A DNA stretch of 64,000 nt from Schaedlerella sp. (GTDB taxonomy: Bacteria; Bacillota; Clostridia; Lachnospirales; Lachnospiraceae), in the NCBI GenBank assembly GCA_020024595.1, contig JAHHTO010000001.1:8348-72347 (forward strand), in the 5' to 3' direction. Positions 45,950 to 56,691 of this stretch are shown in pieces. Within the stretch, counting starts at the first letter, position 1. Each line of letters starts with the position of its first letter. The translations under genes and the position numbers were made by a program. Below the pieces are notes generated by a model. The model saw only the letters and a list, made by a program, of their open reading frames with translations. It did not search any database and was not told where the DNA came from.

Positions 45950-48553
45950 ATGCTAAGTGAAGAAATTTTGAAAAATATGCAAAAAATCGTAGACGATTGT
46001 ATGGGTGAGGAAACTCCCGCCTGCGTTGCTACCTGCCCTATGCATACCAATGTCAAGGAATATGTCCGTCTCATTGGCGAAGGGAAAGGAGAGGATGCAA
46101 TTCGAGTAATCCGGGAGAAACTGTTCCTGCCTGCAACCTTGGGTCGTATCTGCGCCCATCCGTGCGAAAAGAAATGTAAATGGAACGAAGGCAACAGCCC
46201 TATGGCTATCGCTTCCTTAAAACGCTATGCCGCGGATAACTTTGATCAAGAAGAAAATTGGGATCTCACTACCGAGCCTTCCAACGGCAAGAAGGTTGCC
46301 GTCATCGGCTCCGGTCCCTCTGGTCTGCAGGCAGCGCTCGACCTCCGTCGAGGTGGTTGTGCTGTTACTGTATTTGAAAAACTCCCCGTCCGAGGCGGAC
46401 TGCCCCGTGTTGGCATTCCCGCTTACCGTCTCCCCCGGAACATTCTGGAACACGAGATCACCTACCTGGACATGCTGGGAATTGATTTCAGGCTGAGTAC
46501 TGAGATCGGCAAGGATATTTCCATGGATCAACTGCTCCGCGATTACGACAGCGTTGTGGTTGCTGTCGGCAAACATCAAGGTCGTGTCGATCACAGTCTT
46601 GAGCATTGGGATGCCGAAGGCATTTACAGTGCTATCGACTTTTTGAAGGAAGCTGCTCTCACCGGCAACGTAGCTGATGCTGGCAAGTCTGTTCTAGTCA
46701 TTGGCGGCGGCGATGTTTCCATGGATTGTGCCCGTACTGCTGCCCGGTGCCGGAACGTAGAAAAAGTCACTGACATCTGCCTTGAAGAAGACTTTCAGGC
46801 TATGCCTGCTTCCACTGCTGAGATCAAAGGTGCTACAGAAGAGGGGGTTAAGATTCTTCCCAGTCGTGCGATCCAGAAGATTCATATAAACGAAAATAAC
46901 CGTGTCTGCGGTGTCACACTGTGCAAGTGTGTCTCCATGTTTGACGATCAGGGGCGTTTTGCTCCCAGCTATGATATGAATGATACCGTTGAGCTAGTTG
47001 TTGACACAATCATCTTTGCCATCGGCCAAGGTGTTGAAGGCGACTTTGCCAAGGGAATCCTAGAGCAACACCCCAACTCCACCTTCACATGTGATAAGCT
47101 AACACTCCAATCCTCCACCAATGAAAAGGTCTTCTGTGCCGGTGACGCTTCCGGTGAGTCTGTTATTGTGATCCAGGCTATGGCTACCGGCCGCCGCGCC
47201 GCTCAGTCTGTCCTGCGCTACCTCAAAGGCGTAAGTCTGATCGAGGGCCGTGAACTGAAAGACACCTGGACCTATGAGACCAAATTGGATATGCCCACCG
47301 ACTGGGCCACAGTCAGCGGTAGCCGTGTAGATATGCCAACGACTCCTGTAGCATCCCGTCACAAAAACTTTAGCGAGGTTACCAGGGGATTTACCAAGGA
47401 ACAAGCCGAAGAAGAAGCTACTCGCTGCCGCCAGTGTGAATGCAAACTCTGCATGAAAGAATGCATTATGCTGAATGACTTCACCGAATGCCCCAAGGCA
47501 CTATTCCGAGATTACCTGGAAAAAGGTCCTACCGAAGTAGATCGCATGATTGCTTACTCCTGCAACGAGTGTAGTCAGTGCACTTTGAAATGTCCTCATT
47601 CTTTTGACCTGAGAGAGAACTTTCGTGCTCTCAAAGCTGAATTTGCTGAGGAAAACAACGGAATTGTTCCTTTGGAAGCACTGGCGCCCAGCGAGACTGG
47701 TCAAGAGAAAGAATGTTCTCCTGAATACTGTACTGTAGTGAACGGTGCATCCAAAGCAAGAACTGTGCTCAAGAAGAAAAAAACCAAATATGTGTTTGTT
47801 CCCGGCTGTACTGTTCCTGCCTATTCGCCCTCCGCTGTTGAGAATGTGACTCGTCACCTCAAGGAATGTCTGGGTGACGAAAATGTCGGAGCCATGCTAC
47901 AATGCTGTGGTAAGGTCTCCGCTTTCATGGGTGAGACTTCAAAATTTAATGAGCGTAACAAGATTGCCATCGACAAGTTAGACGAGATGGGTGCTGAAGT
48001 CATTATCACCGTTTGTCCCTCCTGCTTCAAAATTTTCAAGCAGACTGCCAAAAATCAGAGAGTCATTTCCTATTGGGATCTGATGCACAATCTCATCGGT
48101 ATTCCCGATCGTGCACAGGGTGTTGGTGTCGGTTCAGATGTAGTTTTCAATATCCATGACTCCTGTGTCACCCGTGACGAGCCTACTCACCATGAGAGTA
48201 TCCGCTGGGTGTTAGATCAAATGGGTTATACGTGGAAGGAAATTGAACAATCCAAAGGCAATACTCGCTGCTGCGGTGTGGGGGGCATGGTCTGTTCCTC
48301 CGATCCTGAGCTCTACCGGCGTGTCTACACCCGTCGTATAGGCGATTTCAACCAGGAGCACATCATCAGCTACTGCGGCTCCTGCCGCGGCACCTTTGAG
48401 ACTGCTGATATGGACTCCCTGCATATTCTGGATCTACTCTTCAGTGGCAAAACCTACATGGCTGACCAGGCTTGTAAGCGTGGTTACAAAGACGAAGCTG
48501 AAATGTGGAGCCGCCGTCTGGAGACGAAAGAACGCCTGAATTCTTTTAATTAG
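45950..48553 (+). CDS. FAD/NAD(P)-dependent Fe-S oxidoreductase fusion (GltD-like + 2x[4Fe-4S] + two CCG domains)
   Basis: CVATCP, GRICAHPCEKKC, VIGSGPSG, VIGGGD, CRQCECKLCMKEC, CNECSQCTLKCP, CCG...CPSC, HDSC...CCG...CGSC. Confidence 0.88.
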   Translation: MLSEEILKNMQKIVDDCMGEETPACVATCPMHTNVKEYVRLIGEGKGEDAIRVIREKLFLPATLGRICAHPCEKKCKWNEGNSPMAIASLKRYAADNFDQEENWDLTTEPSNGKKVAVIGSGPSGLQAALDLRRGGCAVTVFEKLPVRGGLPRVGIPAYRLPRNILEHEITYLDMLGIDFRLSTEIGKDISMDQLLRDYDSVVVAVGKHQGRVDHSLEHWDAEGIYSAIDFLKEAALTGNVADAGKSVLVIGGGDVSMDCARTAARCRNVEKVTDICLEEDFQAMPASTAEIKGATEEGVKILPSRAIQKIHINENNRVCGVTLCKCVSMFDDQGRFAPSYDMNDTVELVVDTIIFAIGQGVEGDFAKGILEQHPNSTFTCDKLTLQSSTNEKVFCAGDASGESVIVIQAMATGRRAAQSVLRYLKGVSLIEGRELKDTWTYETKLDMPTDWATVSGSRVDMPTTPVASRHKNFSEVTRGFTKEQAEEEATRCRQCECKLCMKECIMLNDFTECPKALFRDYLEKGPTEVDRMIAYSCNECSQCTLKCPHSFDLRENFRALKAEFAEENNGIVPLEALAPSETGQEKECSPEYCTVVNGASKARTVLKKKKTKYVFVPGCTVPAYSPSAVENVTRHLKECLGDENVGAMLQCCGKVSAFMGETSKFNERNKIAIDKLDEMGAEVIITVCPSCFKIFKQTAKNQRVISYWDLMHNLIGIPDRAQGVGVGSDVVFNIHDSCVTRDEPTHHESIRWVLDQMGYTWKEIEQSKGNTRCCGVGGMVCSSDPELYRRVYTRRIGDFNQEHIISYCGSCRGTFETADMDSLHILDLLFSGKTYMADQACKRGYKDEAEMWSRRLETKERLNSFN

Positions 48554-48685
48554 CAGCATAATTAATTATCTCAAAAAATCGCCAGACCATGAGTGATAGG
48601 TATTCTCTTTACTGGATGTCCCTAAAGAGAGTACCTCTCAAAGGTCTGAGCGATTTATCTTTTAAGGGTATTTTTTACATCCCCT

Positions 48686-49105
48686 TTACTTTTTCCCCAC
48701 CAACAGTGCATATCCCATATCCCGCAGCGTCTTCACTAACTGTTCGGTGTCTCCGTATTTCCCTTTGGTGAATTCATCATGGATAGCAAAAGTTCCGCCT
48801 TTTTTCAATACACGCAGAGTTTCCAGTATGATTTTTGGCGGTCTTTGCTTGGAATATTATGATAGCAATAATTGCTTGTCACCGCATCAAATTCCACATC
48901 CGGAAAATTCAACTTACAAGCACCTCCTTTGCATTATTCTCGCAAAGCGACTTATTGAAAGAAGCATATTCCTTGATAAGTTTTGCGTAACCTGGCATTA
49001 AATCGGTTAAAAAAACTACCGCCAACAAAATTCCTATCACTGCCGTCCCCACAAAAGTACTGACCACCATGCCCTTTGGTACCCAGTTTTTTAATTTGGT
49101 TTCAT
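48686..49105 (-). pseudogene. Class I SAM-dependent methyltransferase remnant
   Basis: RBS, MKPN/frameshift/KNWVPKGM, a TM segment, an apparent internal deletion, then KLNFPDVEFDAVTSNYCYHNI/frameshift/LETLRVLKKGGTFAIHD...GKK*. Confidence 0.75.
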
Positions 49106-49344
49106 CTTATTTCCTCCCATACACTCTCATATGTTACGTGAGTTAGTTTAGTATAATCGCATTGTAGCACAACGTTTTACTGCGTCGATGAATGCCGTCT
49201 CTGTTTACGAGTCCGATAATTCACGGTATATCATATCTTATCTACATGTATTGTCTTTGTCCCGGATAACTTTCTTTTTTCTATCAAGAAAACTTTTTTA
49301 CTTTTAATTCTGGGATATCTAATATTCCCGTTCTGTTATTAAAA

Positions 49345-49495
49345 ATCTATGCTTCATAGCAACTAATACAGGGAAAAATATTGTTAATCAAATGTGCCTT
49401 TTTTCTTTACAGACAGATTTATTTTCCTCGCACAGCTGCTCCCATCTTCTTGCATCCAATACCATTTGCTTGAATTTTTGCTGTCCCCCTACTCT
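49345..49495 (-). pseudogene. Fragment resembling the N-terminus of L-2-amino-thiazoline-4-carboxylate hydrolase-like proteins
   Basis: ARRWEQLCEENK...(interrupted)...IFPCISCYEA; recalled similarity only. Confidence 0.35.
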
Positions 49496-49750
49496 GTACA
49501 TTCTTGTTGTAAAGGCGCGACCTAACGAATGGCAACTCAAATAACAAAAGGGAAATCTCCTACATTTTGTAATAAATTCTTTACATTCAGAAACCTTGGT
49601 GGTAAAATGGAAAAAATTAGCAATATCTAACAGTTTTTCCTTGCAAAATCAGACTATCGAATGCTGTGTTCTGTACAATTGGTTTTTGGTGAAGTGGTCT
49701 AAAAATCCGAAATTCTCCATTTGATTCACAGCGAAAGGAGTGGTTGATCT

Positions 49751-50167
49751 ATGTTTGCATGTATCCCTTTATTGTTAATGGCTTTGTTTACCTATACGCT
49801 TCATCGCATAGTCAACGAACAGGTGCAAAAATCCAGAGAAATGGAATTAACAAAAAACGAAGGAATCATTGATCATTATTATACTAAAAATGGGTATGAA
49901 AAGTATTATATTCGTTTTAATGTAAATGGAGAAACCGTTGTAAAAGAAGCTGTCGGTTACCATTGTGGCGAAACCGGATATAAGCCAGGCGTTCATGTTC
50001 CTATCGGATATCATGTAGATGAAAAGGGTATTATAACCGTTTTTATCGATGATAAACATCTAGAAGGTAATAAGAATAGAGAAAAAAGAAATCTCTTTCT
50101 CTACGCCTCCTTTTTCTTGGTAGGCCTTGCAATTATATGTGCCCTTAAAACATTATTGCGAGGTTAA
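49751..50167 (+). CDS. Hypothetical membrane protein (TM - beta-rich domain - TM)
   Basis: RBS AAAGGAG; hydrophobic termini; 138 aa. Confidence 0.65.
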   Translation: MFACIPLLLMALFTYTLHRIVNEQVQKSREMELTKNEGIIDHYYTKNGYEKYYIRFNVNGETVVKEAVGYHCGETGYKPGVHVPIGYHVDEKGIITVFIDDKHLEGNKNREKRNLFLYASFFLVGLAIICALKTLLRG

Positions 50168-50406
50168 AGAGGGAGGCTTATTATGTTGGAAGGATTATTA
50201 TCTATTGCCTCTGTTGTGTTAATTGACGACAGTAAAAAAAGTAATGATTATTGGTGTGTGTCAAAAGGCTGGCAGCCAAGAGCCCCGTCTGTGAGATTAC
50301 ATCGGTGTTCTCTTCTTTAAGGGATATCTGGATGCCGAACAAATTGCATTTAAGTAAAAAGCGGATAAAATAACAAAAGAATTAAGAATATAAGGAGATA
50401 ATTACT

Positions 50407-50865
50407 ATGAATAAGATTAAAAAACTGATCACTTGCATTGTTTCTTTGGCTTGCGTGGCAACATTTGCTGCCGGATGCTCCTCTAGCAGCTCCATGTCCT
50501 ATACCTTCTCTGTTGACAATGGTGACTCCATCAAGGTCTCTCTGGATACCTCAGACAAGTACAAGATCACTTCTGATGTCCCTTTCACAATTTCTCATGA
50601 TGGAGAAGATCTATCGCAAGGTACATTTATCCAGAGTGATGCTTATGAACAATACACAAATGTTGTCGAGACCGATGAAAAGGCAGTTCTGCTCGACTCT
50701 GGTACAAAGGATGGCAACGATTATGTTTTTTGGTGCTACGATGGCAAGGAGTACAACTATGCCATTAAGATTGCTGACTCCAATACCGGAATGATTCTGG
50801 GCAACCCTGTATCTGAAGAAGCTGCAAAAGAGTGCTTCAACAGACTGACGATTACTAAAGAATAA
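50407..50865 (+). CDS. Hypothetical lipoprotein
   Basis: RBS AAGGAG; lipobox FAAGC; terminator AAAAGACCTTGAAA...TTTCAAGGTCTTTT at ~50891-50930. Confidence 0.8.
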   Translation: MNKIKKLITCIVSLACVATFAAGCSSSSSMSYTFSVDNGDSIKVSLDTSDKYKITSDVPFTISHDGEDLSQGTFIQSDAYEQYTNVVETDEKAVLLDSGTKDGNDYVFWCYDGKEYNYAIKIADSNTGMILGNPVSEEAAKECFNRLTITKE

Positions 50866-51086
50866 TAAAGCTACAGCATACTTTTTAACAAAAAGACCTT
50901 GAAAAGCTTTTCTGCCTTTCAAGGTCTTTTATTCTTTATCTGTTGGAATAACTCGAATATGTCTGACACTTAGACAAAACACGTAAAAAGAACATCATTG
51001 GTAGCAGGTTTTATGCTCCAAATGGAGTTCGGTATCATGACTGTTAAAAACAAGATTAGTCGAACAGTTGGCAAACAATGCGAATT

Positions 51087-51617
51087 TTATCTCCGCTCGT
51101 AGACCAGGTCGACGATACCATTGTAGGAGGCTGTTTTTATGAGCTTTAACTTTTCTTCTGACTGTAATGTGGGGAGTAGTTTTACTCCGGAACCAAGAAT
51201 AGTGGGAATAATAGAAAAGCAAAACTCGTCAATCAGGTCCGCTTTGATCAGCTGCTGAGCAATTTCAGCACCTCCGCAGATCCAGATATTTTTTCCTTCC
51301 TTTTCCTTCAAATTTTTAATCAGTTCGGGCAGATTTCTGCGGTAGAAAGAAATTTCCGACTGATTTTCTACTTCTCTATGGGTAATCACAAAGGATTGTT
51401 TTCCCTTGTAGGGCCAATCAGTTGGGGCCAGTTCTGTTGCAATTTGGTAGTAGGTACGCCAGCCCATAATGATAGTGTCGACAGATTCATAAAATTCGGT
51501 GTAACTACCAACATTCTCCGGGTCACTGAAATCACCAGATAACCAGTCCACATTGCCATTTTTATCTGCTACATAACCATCAAGGCTCATCGCTATATAA
51601 AGTACTATTTTTCTCAT
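51087..51617 (-). CDS. Dihydrofolate reductase / RibD C-terminal family protein
   Basis: YIAMSLDGYVA, IMGWRTY, IWICGGA, IPTILGSG. Confidence 0.9.
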   Translation of the reverse strand: MRKIVLYIAMSLDGYVADKNGNVDWLSGDFSDPENVGSYTEFYESVDTIIMGWRTYYQIATELAPTDWPYKGKQSFVITHREVENQSEISFYRRNLPELIKNLKEKEGKNIWICGGAEIAQQLIKADLIDEFCFSIIPTILGSGVKLLPTLQSEEKLKLIKTASYNGIVDLVYERR

Positions 51618-51696
51618 AAAATTCTCCTGCAATATACTCACATCTGTTTGATTTATTTTAATAAGTTTAACACTCTACTTACTAATCGAATCTTTC

Positions 51697-51732
51697 AAAA
51701 ATGGGCAACCTCATCGTGAGATTGCCCATTTA
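51697..51732 (-). terminator. Terminator downstream of lysS
   Basis: AAATGGGCAA...TTGCCCATTT with a U-tract on the minus strand. Confidence 0.7.
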
Positions 51733-51848
51733 AGAGTTATACGATTTTTCCTCTGTACAAAACTCAGCATCATTTAATGTATGATGTAGTTTTTACAATT
51801 TCTTCAATATACAGTACCTCTCGTTTTGATATTCAAAACGGTATATCT

Positions 51849-53801
51849 TTAATACAGCTTCGCACCTGCCGGAATCCGATTATCCACCATAAGAACATTC
51901 AGTCCTTCCTTTCCTTCTTCAAGGTGAGTTGCAGAAATAATCATACCACAAGAATCAATTCCCATCATATTCCGCGGTGGAAGGTTTGTGATTGCGATCA
52001 GTGTTTTTCCAACCAGTTCTTCCGGCTCGTAATAATCATGAATACCACTTAAGATTACACGATCTTCGCCGCTTCCGTCATCTAACACAAATTTCAGAAG
52101 CTTCTTGCTCTTCGGTACTGCTTCACATTCTTTTACTTTAACAGCACGAAAATCTGACTTGCTGAATGTCTCGAAATCAACCATGTCTTCAAATAATGGT
52201 TCTACTTCTACATTAGAAAAGTCGTATGTTTCTTTCGCTTCAGCGATTGCCTTTTCCACTGTTTTTTCAACCGGAGTTGTCTGTGCTGCGTTGTTCGCTT
52301 CGTTCTTAGTAGCTCCCTGTGACTTCATTGTTGGGAAGAGCAATACATCACGAATTGCTTCTGCTCCAGTCAACAACATACACATTCTGTCAATCCCGTA
52401 TCCGATACCACCTGTTGGCGGCATACCGATTTCCAACGCATTCATAAAGTCTTCATCTGTTGTGTTGGCCTCTTCATCTCCCTGTGCCAGCAATTCTTCC
52501 TGTGCACGGAAACGCTCTCTCTGATCAATCGGGTCATTTAACTCAGAATATGCATTTGCCATCTCCCAGCCGTTCATGAAGAACTCAAATCGTTCTACAT
52601 ATTCTGGATTCTCCGGTTTCTTCTTTGTAAGCGGAGAAATCTCAATCGGATGATCCATAACAAATGTCGGCTGGATCAGGTGTTCCTCTGCAAATTCTTC
52701 AAAGAACAATGCAAGAATATCCCCCTTCTTATGTCGTTCTTCGTATTCTACATGATGTTCTTTTGCAAGTGCTCTTGCTTGCTTCAATGTCTGTACTTCA
52801 TTCCAGTCGACCCCCGCATATTTCTTGACAGCGTCCACCATGGTAATACGTTCAAACGGCTTACCGAGATCGATCTCTACACCTTTATATACAATCTGTG
52901 TTGTTCCAAGAACTTCCTGTGCAACAAAACGGTACAAATTCTCTGTCAAATCCATCATACCGTGATAATCCGTATATGCCTGATACAGTTCCATCAGTGT
53001 AAATTCCGGGTTGTGTCTCGTATCCAGACCTTCGTTTCGGAATACTCGTCCTATCTCATATACACGCTCCATGCCACCCACGATCAGTCTCTTCAAATAT
53101 AACTCAAGAGAAATCCGCAGCTTCAAGTCTTCATCCAATGCATTAAAATGTGTCTCAAACGGTCTTGCTGCAGCACCACCGGCATTTGCCACCAACATCG
53201 GTGTCTCTACTTCCATAAATCCTTGACCACTCAGATATTTACGAATCGCACTGATGATCTGAGAACGCTTGATAAATGTATCCTTTACATCCGGATTCAT
53301 AATCAAGTCCACATATCTCTGGCGGTAACGCAAATCTGTATTAGTCAGACCATGGAACTTCTCCGGAAGAATCTGCAGACTCTTAGACAGCAATGTCACT
53401 TCAGCAGCATGAATAGACATTTCTCCTGTCTTTGTATGGAACACTTCTCCCTTGATTCCGATAATATCACCCACGTCAAACTTCTTGAAATCCTTATAGG
53501 ACTCCTCTCCCACGCTATCTCTTGCCACATAAGACTGTATGTTTCCCTGCAAATCCTGCACATTACAAAAAGAGGCTTTTCCCATCACACGTTTGGACAT
53601 CATGCGTCCTGCAATAGATACCTGTTTTCCTTCTAATTCTTCAAAGTTAGCCTTAATCTCCTGGCTATGATGTGTCTGTTCGTACTTCGTAATTACGAAC
53701 GGGTCTTTTCCATTTCCCTGCAAATCAGCCAATTTTTCGCGGCGCACCTTTCTAAGCTGATTCAAATCCGGTTCCTGTGTGTTTTTCTGCTGCTCACCCA
53801 T
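51849..53801 (-). CDS. lysS: Lysine--tRNA ligase (class II) with a C-terminal tRNA-binding OB domain
   Basis: [35 protein letters not shown]-terminal VPKSKKLL...[15 protein letters not shown]. Confidence 0.97.
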   Translation of the reverse strand: MGEQQKNTQEPDLNQLRKVRREKLADLQGNGKDPFVITKYEQTHHSQEIKANFEELEGKQVSIAGRMMSKRVMGKASFCNVQDLQGNIQSYVARDSVGEESYKDFKKFDVGDIIGIKGEVFHTKTGEMSIHAAEVTLLSKSLQILPEKFHGLTNTDLRYRQRYVDLIMNPDVKDTFIKRSQIISAIRKYLSGQGFMEVETPMLVANAGGAAARPFETHFNALDEDLKLRISLELYLKRLIVGGMERVYEIGRVFRNEGLDTRHNPEFTLMELYQAYTDYHGMMDLTENLYRFVAQEVLGTTQIVYKGVEIDLGKPFERITMVDAVKKYAGVDWNEVQTLKQARALAKEHHVEYEERHKKGDILALFFEEFAEEHLIQPTFVMDHPIEISPLTKKKPENPEYVERFEFFMNGWEMANAYSELNDPIDQRERFRAQEELLAQGDEEANTTDEDFMNALEIGMPPTGGIGYGIDRMCMLLTGAEAIRDVLLFPTMKSQGATKNEANNAAQTTPVEKTVEKAIAEAKETYDFSNVEVEPLFEDMVDFETFSKSDFRAVKVKECEAVPKSKKLLKFVLDDGSGEDRVILSGIHDYYEPEELVGKTLIAITNLPPRNMMGIDSCGMIISATHLEEGKEGLNVLMVDNRIPAGAKLY

Positions 53802-53901
53802 CTGTTTTTTCTCCTTCCAATATCCTGATATTGACACACAGACCCCTTAACAATTAAGGGGTCTGTCAACTTACCGTTTCTGCCAATTCCAACGCTGTCT
53901 T

Positions 53902-54387
53902 TTACAGAGAACGGCTGATATCCAACACTTTGTATTGAATGACACCTGCCTGAGTCTCTACGTCTACTACATCACCAACTTTTTTGCCCATCAATGCCTG
54001 TCCTACCGGTGACTCGTTAGAAATCTTTCCTTCCAGACTATTTGCCTCTGTAGAACCAACAATCTTGAAGTCCATCTCTTCATCAAATGTGACATCAAAG
54101 ACCTTAATCGTACATCCGACATTGATCTTATCCAAGTCTACTTCATCTTCTACTACCACTTCAGCGTTCTTCAGAATCCCTTCCAGTTCTTCGATTCTTG
54201 CTTCAATATCGCGCTGCTCATCCTTTGCAGCATCATATTCAGCATTCTCAGACAAATCCCCTTGCTCTCTCGCTTCTTTGATTTTGCCTGCTACTTCCTT
54301 TCGCTTGACTACTTTCAGATTCTCTAACTCATCTTCCAACGCTTTTAGTCCAGCATAAGTAAGCAATCTTTTCTTTGCTTCTGCCAT
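53902..54387 (-). CDS. greA: Transcription elongation factor GreA
   Basis: GDLSENAEYDAAK, ISNESPVG. Confidence 0.97.
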   Translation of the reverse strand: MAEAKKRLLTYAGLKALEDELENLKVVKRKEVAGKIKEAREQGDLSENAEYDAAKDEQRDIEARIEELEGILKNAEVVVEDEVDLDKINVGCTIKVFDVTFDEEMDFKIVGSTEANSLEGKISNESPVGQALMGKKVGDVVDVETQAGVIQYKVLDISRSL

Positions 54388-54496
54388 GGCAATACTTCCT
54401 CCCTTGCTATATTAAAAGTTCTTCTTAATATTTGTATATATTGTTTTTCTACTCTGTCTCAATTATATTTCGCAATTTTTATATTATACCTAATCC

Positions 54497-55456
54497 CTAT
54501 AATACTGTCAAGATTTTTTCCAGTTCTTCATAGCTTTCCACAGCATTTATCTGCTCCCTCAAACGAGCAGATCCATGCATCCCTTTCGTATACCACGCTA
54601 CATGTTTTCTCATCTCACGGATTCCGCAAAATTCCCCCTTGTATTGTATCTGAAGTTGCGCATGTCGAAGCATTGTATCACGGATTTCATTTACAGATGG
54701 ACGTGGCGGAATTTGTCCGGTTTGTTCATATGCGATCAATTCTGAAAAGATCCATGGATTTCCCTGCGCACCTCTGGCAATCATCACGCCATCACACCCA
54801 GTCTGCTCCAGCATCGCAACGGCCTTTTCTCCAGAGGTCACATCTCCATTCCCAATCACCGGAATCGACACTGCTTTCTTTACTTTTCGAATGATTTCCC
54901 AGTCTGCTTTTCCCGAATAATACTGCTCCCTCGTTCTCCCATGAACCGCTACTGCAGCCGCCCCGGCTTCCTCAATAATTTTTGCAATTTCCACAGCATT
55001 GACATGCTCATCATCAAAACCTTTCCGTATTTTCACCGTTACAGGCTTTCCAATCGCTTTCACAACTGCACGAACCAACTCATATACCAGCTTCGGTTCT
55101 TTCATCAATGCAGAACCCTCACCGTTTCTCACCACTTTCGGTACCGGACACCCCATATAGATATCTAAAAACGTAAATGGTCGTTCTTCAATTCGTTTTG
55201 CCATCTCACTGACAATTTTCGGATCCGATCCAAACAACTGCAGTGAAACAGGCATTTCCTCGGGATGAATCTGAAGCAAACTCTCTGTATTTTTGTTGTG
55301 ATATAAAATTCCCTTTGCACTGACCATTTCCATACAGATCAGACCCGCGCCCTGTTCCTTGCACAGCAAACGGAATGGCAGGTCTGTCACGCCTGCCATC
55401 GGTCCCAGAATGTATGCATTTTCAAGAAGTATATTTCCTATTTTTAACTGTTTCAT
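54497..55456 (-). CDS. dusB: tRNA-dihydrouridine synthase B
   Basis: PMAGVTD, QLFG, MGCP, VHGRTR, GNGD, RGAQGNPW. Confidence 0.93.
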   Translation of the reverse strand: MKQLKIGNILLENAYILGPMAGVTDLPFRLLCKEQGAGLICMEMVSAKGILYHNKNTESLLQIHPEEMPVSLQLFGSDPKIVSEMAKRIEERPFTFLDIYMGCPVPKVVRNGEGSALMKEPKLVYELVRAVVKAIGKPVTVKIRKGFDDEHVNAVEIAKIIEEAGAAAVAVHGRTREQYYSGKADWEIIRKVKKAVSIPVIGNGDVTSGEKAVAMLEQTGCDGVMIARGAQGNPWIFSELIAYEQTGQIPPRPSVNEIRDTMLRHAQLQIQYKGEFCGIREMRKHVAWYTKGMHGSARLREQINAVESYEELEKILTVL

Positions 55457-55471
55457 AATATCTATCCTGTT

Positions 55472-56242
55472 TTATTTTCGATTTTTAGAATAAATCAACC
55501 GAAGTCCGCTCAAGGTCAATTCCGGATCATACACATCAATACTGTTTGTTTCTGCAAAAATAATCCGTCCCAAGCCACCTGTTGCTACAACTTTTATATC
55601 ATCATAACCAGCTTCTTCTTTGATTTTCCGTACAATATATTCCGTCTCTCCAATTGCTCCGTAAACAAGTCCTGCCTGCATACTAGAAATCGTTTCCTTT
55701 GCCAGAATAGATTTTGGTTTGCGGATTTCAATTGCCGGAAGCATTGCCGCTCCACCCCACAGAGAGCGTGCTGCTGTCTCAATCCCCGGTGCCGTAATTC
55801 CTGCTTCAAATGTTCCATCCGGTCCAATCAGATCATACGTTGTTGCCGTCCCATAATCCACCACGATCACCGGCCCACCATACAGTTCATATCCCGCAAC
55901 CGCATCCACGATCCGGTCTGCTCCGATTTCCTTTGGGTTCTCCGTCACAATGCGGATTCCAGTCTTGATTCCTGCCGATACAACAATCGGACGAACTTCC
56001 AAATACTTGATGATACCACTTGTTAAAGAATGCATGATATCCGGTACTACAGATGCAATGATAACCGACTGTATCTCCTGCGGGCTGATATTTCTATGTT
56101 CCAGTATGCCACAGATAGTAAATCCATATTCATCCGAAGTACGGGAACGCTTAGTCGTCATTCGGAATGTACCGAGCAGTTTTTCTTCTTTAAAAATACC
56201 CAGTGTAATATTTGTATTTCCAACATCAATCGTCAACAGCAT
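55472..56242 (-). CDS. coaX: Type III pantothenate kinase
   Basis: [23 protein letters not shown]. Confidence 0.96.
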   Translation of the reverse strand: MLLTIDVGNTNITLGIFKEEKLLGTFRMTTKRSRTSDEYGFTICGILEHRNISPQEIQSVIIASVVPDIMHSLTSGIIKYLEVRPIVVSAGIKTGIRIVTENPKEIGADRIVDAVAGYELYGGPVIVVDYGTATTYDLIGPDGTFEAGITAPGIETAARSLWGGAAMLPAIEIRKPKSILAKETISSMQAGLVYGAIGETEYIVRKIKEEAGYDDIKVVATGGLGRIIFAETNSIDVYDPELTLSGLRLIYSKNRK

Positions 56243-56290
56243 TCTGCAGTCACTCCTTTATCTATCACTTTCTTTTTTCTTGTATTATCT

Positions 56291-56626
56291 CTATAAATCC
56301 ATATCCACTTCTTCTCCCAGGCAGAAAACTCTGTAATATAACTCTAGTGACTCAAATAATCCACTCTTTGTTCTCTGAAGTTCTTTAATTTTCAAAACAC
56401 TTCCGATCTCATCAAAGGCAAAATCATTTTCTTCATGATCGACTCTTAGCTCCAGACTTCCATCTTCATCATATACAACCATAAATATACCGCCCACATC
56501 TTCGGTATACAACACACACATAATCTGCAGTTCCTGCCGAATGCTCTCCGGCAGTGATTCAAACTCCGGATTCAAATAAAATTTTCTTTCATATGAATTT
56601 GCGGCACACAATACTGTCTCACTCAT
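56291..56626 (-). CDS. Conserved hypothetical protein (DUF6145-like)
   Basis: LCAANSYERKFYLN...DEIGSVLKIK; in the birA-coaX run. Confidence 0.75.
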   Translation of the reverse strand: MSETVLCAANSYERKFYLNPEFESLPESIRQELQIMCVLYTEDVGGIFMVVYDEDGSLELRVDHEENDFAFDEIGSVLKIKELQRTKSGLFESLELYYRVFCLGEEVDMDL

Positions 56627-56691
56627 ATACTTCCTCTTCTTCTACAATGCTTTATAGTCTGCTTTCCTGTCTCTGTAAAACAATTCCTATC

